Source: a virus. Taken from it: a stretch of DNA of 64,000 nt. The notes under the pieces were generated by a model. That model was not told the DNA's origin and searched no databases. It worked only from the letters and a program-made list of their open reading frames with translations. A program made the position numbers and the translations under genes. The first letter of the stretch is position 1; each line of letters opens with the position of its first letter. Location: positions 32,001-96,000 of the IMG/VR virus record IMGVR_UViG_3300020411_004289; one strand, written 5' to 3'. Positions 1 to 8,901 of this stretch are shown one piece after another.

Positions 1-2
1 AG

Positions 3-530
3 GAGTGGTGTACATGGGCTTCGAATATGTGGGATGATGTTCCTAAATTCTTAGATGAAACTTTTCCTAATTGGGAGCCAGTCTCTGCAGAGGAAGAGCT
101 TTACGAGGATATCGAAAACAAAGATATAAAATTTAAGGGTTTTATTGATGTAATCATAAAAACTCCTCGAAAAAATGGTACTTGGAAGTATTGGATTCTC
201 GACTGGAAAACTGCAAAGTCATATGGTTGGGATAGAAGAAAAAAGCAAGATTTTCTAACACAAGCACAAATTGTACTTTACAAGCATTTTTGGGCAACTA
301 AAAACAATATACCTTTAAAGGATGTAAGTTGTGGCTTTATCCTTTTAAAGCGAGGCGGCAAGCCAGGAAATATGTGCGACTTTTTTCAAATATCATCAGG
401 CCCAAAAGCAATTGAGAAGGCCAGAAAAATGGTCAAAAATATGATAGGCACTGTACAAAGAAAGTTTTTTATGAAAAACAGGGATTCTTGCACATTTTGT
501 GACTTTAAAAATACGCCTCACTGTACATAA
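3..530 (+). CDS. PD-(D/E)XK nuclease, Cas4/RecB-like exonuclease (5'-truncated by the window edge)
   Basis: The frame is open from the window start. Motifs are E..KGFIDV...ILDWKT and Q..LY, plus C-terminal CTFCDFKNTPHC (three of the four Fe-S cysteines of Cas4/AddB-type nucleases). Confidence 0.85.
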   Translation, partial: EWCTWASNMWDDVPKFLDETFPNWEPVSAEEELYEDIENKDIKFKGFIDVIIKTPRKNGTWKYWILDWKTAKSYGWDRRKKQDFLTQAQIVLYKHFWATKNNIPLKDVSCGFILLKRGGKPGNMCDFFQISSGPKAIEKARKMVKNMIGTVQRKFFMKNRDSCTFCDFKNTPHCT

Positions 531-558
531 TTTACTGGGCCTAAAACAAGAGTAGGAT
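531..558 (+). promoter_or_regulatory. Putative sigma70-type promoter (TTTACT-N16-TAGGAT), probably giving a near-leaderless transcript
   Basis: Hexamers at 531-536 and 553-558. The ATG at 567 is 8 nt downstream and there is no clear Shine-Dalgarno. Confidence 0.4.
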
Positions 559-566
559 TATCTTAT

Positions 567-1826
567 ATGAATGAAAAGCTAAAAATATTAATATTGTCTG
601 ATCACGCGCTTTCCACTTCGGGCGTGGGTTGCCAGACTCGATTTTTGGTTAACGGTCTAGTAGAAAAAGGCTGTTGGACTGTTAGGCAATTTGGTGCCGC
701 AATCAAGCATGCCAATTATGATACTGTTGTTGTTAATGACGATTTCATCATCAAGCCGATCGATGGTTTCGGTAATAGAGATATGATTTTACAAACATTA
801 GCAATGGAAAAACCTGACGTAATTCTTCTTTTTACAGACCCTAGATTCTTTATCTGGCTATGGGAAATGGAAGATGAGATTCATGATGTATGCCCAATAG
901 CATACTGGCATGTCTGGGACAACAACCCACCGCCGGAATTTAATAAAGTGTTATATGAGTCAACTGATCTAATCAATTGTCACTCATATTTGACTTATGA
1001 AATTGTTTCAAAAATGTTCCCGAAGAAAACCAACTTTATTCCTCATTCTTTACCTGAAGATATCTTCTATCCACTTCCAAAAAATGAAATAAAGACGCAT
1101 AGAGTCAATCTAATAGGCTCGGAGCGAAAAGATCATTTTGTTGCATTTTGGGTTAATAGAAATGCTAGAAGAAAGAGGCCCAATGATGTTTTGTGGGGAT
1201 GGGCTGAGTTTGTTAAAAATGTAAAAGAAAAGCACGGAAAGTCTGATGTAACTCTTTTAATGCACACTGACCCACAAGATCAGGAAGGTCCAAACCTTTT
1301 AGCGACATGTGATCATTTAGGAATCAGTGACAGCGTAGTATTCTCAAATCAAAGAGTAGACTTTGATCAAATGAATATACTGCACAATATATCAGATGTT
1401 TGTGTAAACATTGCCTATGCCGAAGGATTTGGCTTGGCAACGTTAGAGGCTATGCAAACAGGAAATCCAATTATTGCGCTCAAGACAGGCGGTCTAACTA
1501 GACAGGTTGTTGATCATAGAGACGGCTCAGAAAATGGAATTGCACTTGATGTGTCCTATAGATCTTTAGTAGGTTCACAAAATGTGCCTTACATTTACGA
1601 AGACTATTGTTCACATACAGACACTGCTGATGCATTAATGAAGATGTACGAGATGTCTAGTGAAGAAAGAGAATCGCTAGGGCAAAAAGCTAGAAATTAT
1701 GTACTCTCTGAATTTTCTCATCAAGGGACTATTGATGCTTGGCACGAGACTTTGTTTAACTTGGTTAAAAACTGGAAAGAGAGCAAAACACCCCAGTGGA
1801 CAATTGAAGAGGTGAATACAAAATGA
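567..1826 (+). CDS. Glycosyltransferase, GT-B fold (GT4-like)
   Basis: N-terminal KILILSDH...SGVG, NRNARRKR basic motif, and EGFGLATLEAMQTG signature. Confidence 0.9.
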   Translation: MNEKLKILILSDHALSTSGVGCQTRFLVNGLVEKGCWTVRQFGAAIKHANYDTVVVNDDFIIKPIDGFGNRDMILQTLAMEKPDVILLFTDPRFFIWLWEMEDEIHDVCPIAYWHVWDNNPPPEFNKVLYESTDLINCHSYLTYEIVSKMFPKKTNFIPHSLPEDIFYPLPKNEIKTHRVNLIGSERKDHFVAFWVNRNARRKRPNDVLWGWAEFVKNVKEKHGKSDVTLLMHTDPQDQEGPNLLATCDHLGISDSVVFSNQRVDFDQMNILHNISDVCVNIAYAEGFGLATLEAMQTGNPIIALKTGGLTRQVVDHRDGSENGIALDVSYRSLVGSQNVPYIYEDYCSHTDTADALMKMYEMSSEERESLGQKARNYVLSEFSHQGTIDAWHETLFNLVKNWKESKTPQWTIEEVNTK

Positions 1827-2986
1827 AAAAAGTCGTAATAAGAGCACCGCTTTTAACAAAATCCGGATACGGAGTACACTCCCGTCAGCTATTTCAATAT
1901 CTAGTAGGAAAACCAAACATAGAACTAAAAACTCAGATAGTGCCGTGGGGAATAACACCATGGTATACTAATTTTGATAGTTGCAATGGTTTGATCGGCG
2001 AGGCAATAAAGAGATCGAATACGACACCCGAAGAAAAATTCGACGTATCCTTTCAAGTACAGCTTCCAAATGAGTGGGATGCAGGCGTCGCATCTTACAA
2101 CGTAGGCGTCACGGCCGGAGTCGAAACTGATAAGTGCAACCCGACATGGGGGTCTGTTCACTGTAACAAGATGGATAAAATCATAGTTCCCTCAGCGCAT
2201 ACTGAAAAAAGCTTTAAAAACAGCGCTGTGATTCAAACTCCAATGCATGTAGTGCCAGAGGCATATTTTGAAAACTTGATAAACACACCTGAACATCTAG
2301 ATCTAGATATCAGCACTAATTTTAATTTTTTGACTGTAGGTGTACTAACCGGTTTTACACCAGACACAGATAGAAAGAATTTATTTTACTTGATCAAGTG
2401 GTTTGTTGAAGAGTTTAGAAATGACCCTGATGTTGGACTTATTGTTAAGACAAATAGTGGTAGAGACACAGCTATTGACAAGTCTGCTACACGTCAAATG
2501 CTAAATAAAATTTTAAAAGAAGTTGGACACGAAGGAACACCTAAAGTGCATCTTCTGCATGGGTCAATGACCCGTGATGAAATGAACGCATTGTACAAGA
2601 ATTCAAAGGTAAAAGCACTAATATCAGCAACTAGAGGAGAAGGGTTTGGTCTGCCGCTTCTAGAAGCTTCAGTTGCAGGATTGCCTGTCTTGGCGACCAA
2701 TTGGTCAGCCCATACAGAGTTTCTTAATATGGGAAGATGGGTAAAGTTTGATTATGATCTAATGCCAATTAGCGAGCAAAGATGTGATAACAATATTTTT
2801 ATGCCAGGTGCTAATTGGGCGTATGCTCGAGAAGAATCATTTAAAAAATCGTTAAGAAAATTTTATAAGAACTCAGAGATTCCAACACGATGGGCAGCAG
2901 ATCTATCAGAAAAATTAAAAGATACACATTCAATATCTTCTATCATAAAATGCTATGATAAAGTTCTGAAAGAGGTTCTGGGTTGA
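1823..2986 (+). CDS. Glycosyltransferase, GT-B fold (GT4-like)
   Basis: SGYG N-terminal motif, DRKN, and RGEGFGLPLLEASVAGLPVLATNWSAHTEF signature. ATGA overlap with the upstream GT. Confidence 0.9.
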   Translation: MKKVVIRAPLLTKSGYGVHSRQLFQYLVGKPNIELKTQIVPWGITPWYTNFDSCNGLIGEAIKRSNTTPEEKFDVSFQVQLPNEWDAGVASYNVGVTAGVETDKCNPTWGSVHCNKMDKIIVPSAHTEKSFKNSAVIQTPMHVVPEAYFENLINTPEHLDLDISTNFNFLTVGVLTGFTPDTDRKNLFYLIKWFVEEFRNDPDVGLIVKTNSGRDTAIDKSATRQMLNKILKEVGHEGTPKVHLLHGSMTRDEMNALYKNSKVKALISATRGEGFGLPLLEASVAGLPVLATNWSAHTEFLNMGRWVKFDYDLMPISEQRCDNNIFMPGANWAYAREESFKKSLRKFYKNSEIPTRWAADLSEKLKDTHSISSIIKCYDKVLKEVLG

Positions 2987-3291
2987 TATATCTTGTTGTA
3001 TTTTTAAGCATTCTAAGCATCGTTGCAATTTTTTATTGTGTACGATTCGGTCTGTTAATATTAAAAATACAAGATTCTTTAGAGGAGGCTCTAGATGTTA
3101 TTGATGAAAAGTACTCGTCAATAACTGAGATCTGTGAGCGGCCCCTTTTTTTTGATAGCCCTGAAGTTAGAAAAGTTTTAGAAGACATAAAGGGTACTAG
3201 AAAAGCTTTGCATGAAATAGCTTTCTCTCTTTCTAAGGATTTTGAGCTACTTGACGATGAAGAACAAGAAGGGGAAGAAGCAGTTCAATGA
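2983..3291 (+). CDS. Small membrane-anchored coiled-coil protein, function unknown
   Basis: Hydrophobic N-terminal ~28 aa followed by an amphipathic helix and an acidic tail. Overlaps both neighbours by 4 nt. Confidence 0.65.
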   Translation: MIYLVVFLSILSIVAIFYCVRFGLLILKIQDSLEEALDVIDEKYSSITEICERPLFFDSPEVRKVLEDIKGTRKALHEIAFSLSKDFELLDDEEQEGEEAVQ

Positions 3292-4019
3292 AAGGCCGAA
3301 AAAAGATAAGAAGAAATCCGGGCAAGCCGCGCAACATGTACTTTACAATGGACACACAGGCAGCAATTGTAAAGTATCAAGAGACTGAAAAGCAAGAAGA
3401 TAAATTAAAAATATACGAAAAAGAAATATTACCAGCTTTCTCTAAGCTTTCAGAAAATTTAATTTTTGTCTATAAGTTTAATTCACCTTACTCACTTTTT
3501 GAAGAGTTAAAAGCAGATTGTGTTTCTTTTTTGTACGAATCAATTCATAAATGGGATGAAGCTAGGGGAACCAAGGCATTTTCATACTTTAATGTTGTGG
3601 CAAAAAACTGGTTGATTATTAATTGTCGACAGCATAAAAAAAGAAATAGTCGACACGTGAGTATTGACAATCCGTATGGAATGTCTGCTCAGCAAAAAGC
3701 AGCTTATGAAAACTATGATGTTGTTCCGCCTCCTGATGAAACTCTAATAAAGAAAGCCCAGCGGGATCAAATACTAAAGCTTCTAGAAGATATGCGACCA
3801 AAATTAACAAACGAAAATGAGTTAATTTGTCTTCAGTCTATAGAGACACTTTTCGCAAACATAGATGACTTAGAGCTGCTAAACAAAAGAGCTGTACTAA
3901 TATACATCAGAGAGATATCCGGACTAGACAAAAAAATTATGACAAAGTCTTTATCCGTCATCAGGCGGCACTATCGAGAAATGTCCGGCAAAGAAGATAA
4001 TTACGATATATTTTTTTAG
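3288..4019 (+). CDS. Phage late-transcription sigma factor, T4 gp55-like
   Basis: Region-2-like segment ELKADCVSFLYESIHKWDEARGTKAFSYFNVVAKNWLI resembles the gp55-family F(D/N)PEK...(A/P)FAYF motif. N-terminal YFT..TQAAIVKY. Confidence 0.7.
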   Translation: MKGRKKIRRNPGKPRNMYFTMDTQAAIVKYQETEKQEDKLKIYEKEILPAFSKLSENLIFVYKFNSPYSLFEELKADCVSFLYESIHKWDEARGTKAFSYFNVVAKNWLIINCRQHKKRNSRHVSIDNPYGMSAQQKAAYENYDVVPPPDETLIKKAQRDQILKLLEDMRPKLTNENELICLQSIETLFANIDDLELLNKRAVLIYIREISGLDKKIMTKSLSVIRRHYREMSGKEDNYDIFF

Positions 4020-4027
4020 GCAAGAGT

Positions 4028-4393
4028 ATGAAAAAGTTAGACAGTTTACTTGACAAAAATAGAAAGCTTGAAGATAAAGTCAAGGCATTCAACGAGCTAT
4101 TAGATGGGTTGTCATCGACTGAGGATAAAAAGAAAGCACTGTGGAGAGAAATTTATGAAAACGCAGTGTCCGATAGAGAACGCGCCTCAATTTTATTCAC
4201 AGAAGCATTCAAAGCAATGTCAGGATCACCGACAGATCACACAACAATGGGAACTGTTATGACCAAGTACTTGGAGCGAATGTGTAAGTCAAACGATCAG
4301 ATTCTTCAGCTTTCTGACTTAATTTCGAAAGCCGAGAAAGAAGAGTCACAAGTAAATCCGGACGACATATTTTCAAAAATATCTGAGGGTTAA
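4028..4393 (+). CDS. Hypothetical alpha-helical protein
   Basis: 121-aa ORF tiling between its neighbours, with coiled-coil-like composition. Confidence 0.7.
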   Translation: MKKLDSLLDKNRKLEDKVKAFNELLDGLSSTEDKKKALWREIYENAVSDRERASILFTEAFKAMSGSPTDHTTMGTVMTKYLERMCKSNDQILQLSDLISKAEKEESQVNPDDIFSKISEG

Positions 4394-6208
4394 ATGGTCG
4401 ACAATATCAGAAAAATTTCAGGGGGTGTCTCTAATGACGTAGGCGCTGAAATAACACAGGTCGCCACTACAACTGGAATCTCAATTTTTCAAAGAGCAGT
4501 TGTCTATGAAGTTTTAGACAATTTAACTTTGCGAGACTATACTGATGAAGAATTTTTAGATTCTGCTGAAATTAATTTAACGAACCCAGAAGACTTGCCA
4601 ATAGCACCTAGAAACTCTATAATAGTACAATATGTTTCATCTGGCAAGGGTAGAGCAGATTTATCGCAAACTGTTTGCTTTCCGTTTTTTTCTTCACACT
4701 TGTCTCTTCCTCTTAAGGTTGGAGAACAAGTATGGATAATGGTCGAAACGCCTGATCAGCCCGGCGCTAGAGGTTACTGGTTATCCAGGATTCATGAGCC
4801 TGTTTTTGTAGAAGACGTCAACTATACGCACGGCGACAGAAGATACGATCCTTTGACAAAAGATTCAAATAAGTCAATTGATGCAGATGACAATGAAGTA
4901 GACCTTACAACTTTTCCAACATTTCACAATGGAAAAGATAAGACGATGTTCGACCCGGACCAATTTACAATAGCGGGCTCCGACACTTATGAAGCCGTTT
5001 TTACAGGAAGCCTTGAGGCTAATTCATTTGTCATTGAACCGGTTCCTAGGCTGACGAAAAGACCAGGTGACTTGGTAATTCAAGGATCACATAACTCTGC
5101 AATTATCCTAGGAACAGATAGAGGATATAAGGCAGGAGACAAACTTGAAAGAGAAAAATCTAATGCTGAAATACCAGAACCGTTAACTCCCGGAAAAGGT
5201 GCAATTGATATTGTTGTAGGTCGAGGCAGAATATTTGCTGAGTCTGTTGACAAATTAGACGGTGGTGAAGAAAGAGAAATTGAGCCAACTAGAACAGAAC
5301 CTAGAGTAATTAAAAACGAGCCTGGGCTCCCGGCTCCTGAAGAAGGCGGAGAGCCACCGGAAGGAAGAGGGGAATTCTACGAAGTAGACAAAAATATATC
5401 TGTCGCAAAAAAAGACAAAAGTAATAATCGGACAGACGGGAGTGAAGGCGACCCGGATTTTGTCAATGACGCTGCTAGAATTTACCTAACGATGAATTCA
5501 AATCCGGACGAAGAGTTTAATATAATTCCGGACAACATACCCCAGCCTTTTGCATCCGAGCCGGCTGCAATTGAGGCCGCAGCTGCTACTGTCGTTAAAG
5601 CTGATGAAATAAGAATAATTGCTAGAAAGACCGGCTTAGACAGTCAAAAATCAGATGAAATGTCAGGTGACAACGAAGACAAAAAAGAAACCAATGGCAG
5701 TATTAGGATTATCAAAGAAGGTGTTCGTGATGATGATTCAGCATCAATCTATATTTTACCTGATGGAACAATTCAAATAAGCGGAAAAGTAGTTTATATT
5801 GGAAGGACATCTGACGACGGAGGCAAAGAAGACGGTTCTGGAGAAAAAGGCTCTGAGCCTTATTTGAGAATGTCTGATTTTGAAAAATGGGCAGATGGAT
5901 TAATTGATGCAATTAATACAGCTTTTGAAACAGCAGAAGCCGGGATTAATGCTAATGGAGATGCAATAAATACAATGGCTTCAGCAGGCTCAGGCCCAGG
6001 TGTAGCTGTCGGAGGAGCAACACCAGGATTTGGCGCGCCCAATTCTGCATTAGGTGGTGCTGTCGCAGGTGCCTTTGCCGGAGGAATTGCCCCGGCTGGA
6101 ATGTCGGGAATGCATATGCACGCACCTGACAAATCTGCAATTGAAGAGTTCAAAAGTACAAAAGATGCGATGGAAGCTATAAAGTCAGAAAGGATATTTG
6201 GAGAATAG
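4394..6208 (+). CDS. Baseplate hub/central spike protein (gp5/gpV-like, no lysozyme domain seen)
   Basis: OB-fold-like N-terminus (LPLKVGEQVWI), PGDLVIQGSHNSAIILG beta-repeats, and position immediately before gp25- and gp6-like genes. Confidence 0.65.
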   Translation: MVDNIRKISGGVSNDVGAEITQVATTTGISIFQRAVVYEVLDNLTLRDYTDEEFLDSAEINLTNPEDLPIAPRNSIIVQYVSSGKGRADLSQTVCFPFFSSHLSLPLKVGEQVWIMVETPDQPGARGYWLSRIHEPVFVEDVNYTHGDRRYDPLTKDSNKSIDADDNEVDLTTFPTFHNGKDKTMFDPDQFTIAGSDTYEAVFTGSLEANSFVIEPVPRLTKRPGDLVIQGSHNSAIILGTDRGYKAGDKLEREKSNAEIPEPLTPGKGAIDIVVGRGRIFAESVDKLDGGEEREIEPTRTEPRVIKNEPGLPAPEEGGEPPEGRGEFYEVDKNISVAKKDKSNNRTDGSEGDPDFVNDAARIYLTMNSNPDEEFNIIPDNIPQPFASEPAAIEAAAATVVKADEIRIIARKTGLDSQKSDEMSGDNEDKKETNGSIRIIKEGVRDDDSASIYILPDGTIQISGKVVYIGRTSDDGGKEDGSGEKGSEPYLRMSDFEKWADGLIDAINTAFETAEAGINANGDAINTMASAGSGPGVAVGGATPGFGAPNSALGGAVAGAFAGGIAPAGMSGMHMHAPDKSAIEEFKSTKDAMEAIKSERIFGE

Positions 6209-6209
6209 A

Positions 6210-6470
6210 ATGTCAGTAGGAATAGGAAATCAGAATGAAAAGTTTGAAATTGATAAGTCAAAACTAGCACCTTTAGCTGCAACCCTTTCCACAGAAATAG
6301 TAAATGCTTTTGAAAAATCCAAGTCAGGAGGAGAATGCGGTCAGAAAGTTGCAGTCGCAATTCAAAAGTATCTTGATGGGACAATTGCTTTGATTGAGAC
6401 ATCTGTAGAGTCACAAGGATTCCAAAAAGCCATGCCTCCAGGTTCATCCGGCGGTGTTGGTGGCATCTAA
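6210..6470 (+). CDS. Small spike-associated/baseplate protein (putative)
   Basis: ATG at 6210 with GGAG at 6200-6203, preferred over the TTG at 6198. Lies between the spike and gp25-like genes. Confidence 0.55.
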   Translation: MSVGIGNQNEKFEIDKSKLAPLAATLSTEIVNAFEKSKSGGECGQKVAVAIQKYLDGTIALIETSVESQGFQKAMPPGSSGGVGGI

Positions 6471-6505
6471 TTAAATGTGAAACGTCAACACCTGACATGA
6501 CTACA

Positions 6506-6512
6506 ATAGTTA
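6506..6512 (+). promoter_or_regulatory. Putative late promoter ATAGTTA
   Basis: Instance of the recurrent ATAnnTA motif, upstream of AGGAG and the gp25-like gene. Confidence 0.6.
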
Positions 6513-6534
6513 GTTAACAAAGGAGTGTTGGCTA

Positions 6535-7044
6535 GTGGCAGATCAAACCCAAAATTCAAATAGAAAAAAGTACGATTTTTCGTCTGTTGGACAGACAATT
6601 GTTTCTAGCAAAAACTCTTTCATTGAAGATGAGTCTGCTCTAACCCCAGTAGGCATTCTTACACCTCTTCGTCTAGGAAACGGCAGCGACGGCCTATTTA
6701 AAATGAGCAAAGATATTATCACGCAAGTTCGGGATAATTTTAGAAACATGCTTGCTACTAACTGGGGCGATCGCTTAATGCTACATGATTTTGGCGCAAA
6801 TCTATCTGAACTAGCTTTTGAGCTAGGAACAGAGGTCGCTGATCTTGAAGCTGTAATGAGAATTAAAGCAACTACAGAAAAATATATGCCGTTCGTTACG
6901 CCAATCACATTCGAGTCTTTTAATGAGCCTTCGCCATATGCCGGAGGTGGTCTGGCATTAATAGGTGTCCGAGTGACTTATACAATTGACAGGGTAGGCG
7001 CTGAAGAATACGCAGATGAAGTAGTAATCTACACGGCAGGATAA
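6535..7044 (+). CDS. gp25: Baseplate wedge subunit / sheath initiator, gp25-like
   Basis: QVRDNFRNMLATNWGDRLMLHDFGANL...FE...EKYMPFV matches the gp25/GPW family pattern. Confidence 0.85.
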   Translation: MADQTQNSNRKKYDFSSVGQTIVSSKNSFIEDESALTPVGILTPLRLGNGSDGLFKMSKDIITQVRDNFRNMLATNWGDRLMLHDFGANLSELAFELGTEVADLEAVMRIKATTEKYMPFVTPITFESFNEPSPYAGGGLALIGVRVTYTIDRVGAEEYADEVVIYTAG

Positions 7045-7045
7045 A

Positions 7046-8893
7046 ATGGCAACAAACATAAAAAAGAAAATAAAGAAGCTAAGAAACAGATCATTTCTTG
7101 CAAGAGATTTTGAGGCATTTAGAGCAAAGCTAATAGAAGATGCTAGAATTTATTTTCCAGATAAAATTCAAGACTTCTCAGAGTCGAGTTTGGGTGGCCT
7201 ATTAGTAGACATGGTTGCTTCTGTTGGTGACTCACTGTCATTCTATCTAGACCATGAATTTAGAGAATTAGACCCGCAGTCTGCAGTAGAGCTTGACAAT
7301 ATATTAATGCACCTTAGAAATGCAGGTGTAGATGCTTACGGTGCTTCTCCTGCGTCTGTTGATTTAAGATTTTCAATCGAGGTACCAGCTGAAAAAACAA
7401 GTACAGGCTATGCACCCAAGGTATCTGCTTTACCAGTCCTTTTGCAAGGGACAGTAACTCAGTCATTTGATGGAATAACATTTGTAACATTAGAAGATCT
7501 AAACTTTGCAGAAAAAGACATCAACGGAAATTTTCTAGCATCATATGAAGTAATAGAGACTAGAAATGACGGAACGCCAGTAAAATATGAAGTTTCTAGA
7601 ATAGCAGCAGCTTCTTCAGGCCTAGAACATACAGACACGTTTACAATATCAGACAATCATGTCGCTTTTAGAGAGCTTACTCTTTCTAAAGATAATGTTT
7701 CGACAATCTCTGATGTATTAGACGGAGATGGCAACGAGTATTATGAAGTATCAGCTTTAAGCCAGGACACTATTTTTAAAGCTGTTAACAATACAAACAG
7801 AAACGATGCTCTAGAAGTGCCAAGTAATTTAGAAATAACACCAGCCCCAAGAAGATTTGTGAAAAGATATAATCCCTCAACAAGAGTGACAACCATAAGG
7901 TTCGGGTCAGGTGATGCTGATGTATTAGATGATGATATTGTACCTGATCCTAGCGATCTTTCTTTGAGCTTGTATGGAAGAAAATACACACCAAGATTTT
8001 CAATTGATCCGAACTCGTTGCTAAAAACACAGACGTTAGGAATCTCTCCAAAAAATACAAGCATCAACATAAGATATCGATACGGAGGAGGTCTGTCACA
8101 TAACGTAGGTGCCGGATCAATCTCAGAGATAACTCAGCTAGAGCTTGAATTTAGAAATACACCTATTGCAAATGAAGCTCTAAGTGCGCGACAAAGCATT
8201 AAGGTTAAAAATCCGAGTCCGGCGATAGGTGGTACAAATGCACCGACTGTAGAAGATCTTAAGGCACTAATCACATCTGCAAGAAATAGTCAATCACGAG
8301 TAGTTACAAGAGAAGATTTACTAGCAAGAATATTTACTATGCCTTCAACATTTGGTCGAGTTTTTCGTGCCAGCATAGCAACTAATCCTGTAAACCCTCT
8401 TTCGATTATACTGTATCTAGTTTCTTTAGATAGAAATGGAAATATGACTGTAGCACCTGACCAGTTAAAGAAAAATTTAAGCACGTACTTAAATGAATTT
8501 AGACTAATATCAGATGCAATTGATATCTTGGACGCAAAAATCATAAACTTTGGCGTAAAGTACTCAGTAGTCTTGGCACCAAACGTCTCAAAGGTTCAGA
8601 CGATTCAATCCATTAATCAAAAAATTGCAAATGCAATGCAAAAAAAATATTTCCAAATAGATCAGCCCGTGATAATTGATGACATTACTAACATCATAAT
8701 CAACTCTGATTACGTAATTGCGCTTTCTGATTTAAGAATATTCCCTCGTGTAGGGAATATTGAGAACAGAGAATATTCTTCCGCCACGTTTAAGTTTGAG
8801 CAAAGCACTAAGAACGGCATTATTTTCGGCCCAGCTGGATCGATATTTGAGCTAAGATTTCCTGATGACGATATTATCGGGTCAGCAATGTGA
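7046..8893 (+). CDS. gp6: Baseplate wedge protein, gp6/baseplate-J-like
   Basis: RDFEAFRAKLI...DFSESSLGGLLVDMVASVGDSLSFYLD, IRFGSG, YRYGGG..HNV, NPSPAIGG and QSRVVTRED are T4 gp6-family motifs. Confidence 0.88.
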   Translation: MATNIKKKIKKLRNRSFLARDFEAFRAKLIEDARIYFPDKIQDFSESSLGGLLVDMVASVGDSLSFYLDHEFRELDPQSAVELDNILMHLRNAGVDAYGASPASVDLRFSIEVPAEKTSTGYAPKVSALPVLLQGTVTQSFDGITFVTLEDLNFAEKDINGNFLASYEVIETRNDGTPVKYEVSRIAAASSGLEHTDTFTISDNHVAFRELTLSKDNVSTISDVLDGDGNEYYEVSALSQDTIFKAVNNTNRNDALEVPSNLEITPAPRRFVKRYNPSTRVTTIRFGSGDADVLDDDIVPDPSDLSLSLYGRKYTPRFSIDPNSLLKTQTLGISPKNTSINIRYRYGGGLSHNVGAGSISEITQLELEFRNTPIANEALSARQSIKVKNPSPAIGGTNAPTVEDLKALITSARNSQSRVVTREDLLARIFTMPSTFGRVFRASIATNPVNPLSIILYLVSLDRNGNMTVAPDQLKKNLSTYLNEFRLISDAIDILDAKIINFGVKYSVVLAPNVSKVQTIQSINQKIANAMQKKYFQIDQPVIIDDITNIIINSDYVIALSDLRIFPRVGNIENREYSSATFKFEQSTKNGIIFGPAGSIFELRFPDDDIIGSAM

Positions 8894-8901
8894 GGTAGAC
8901 A

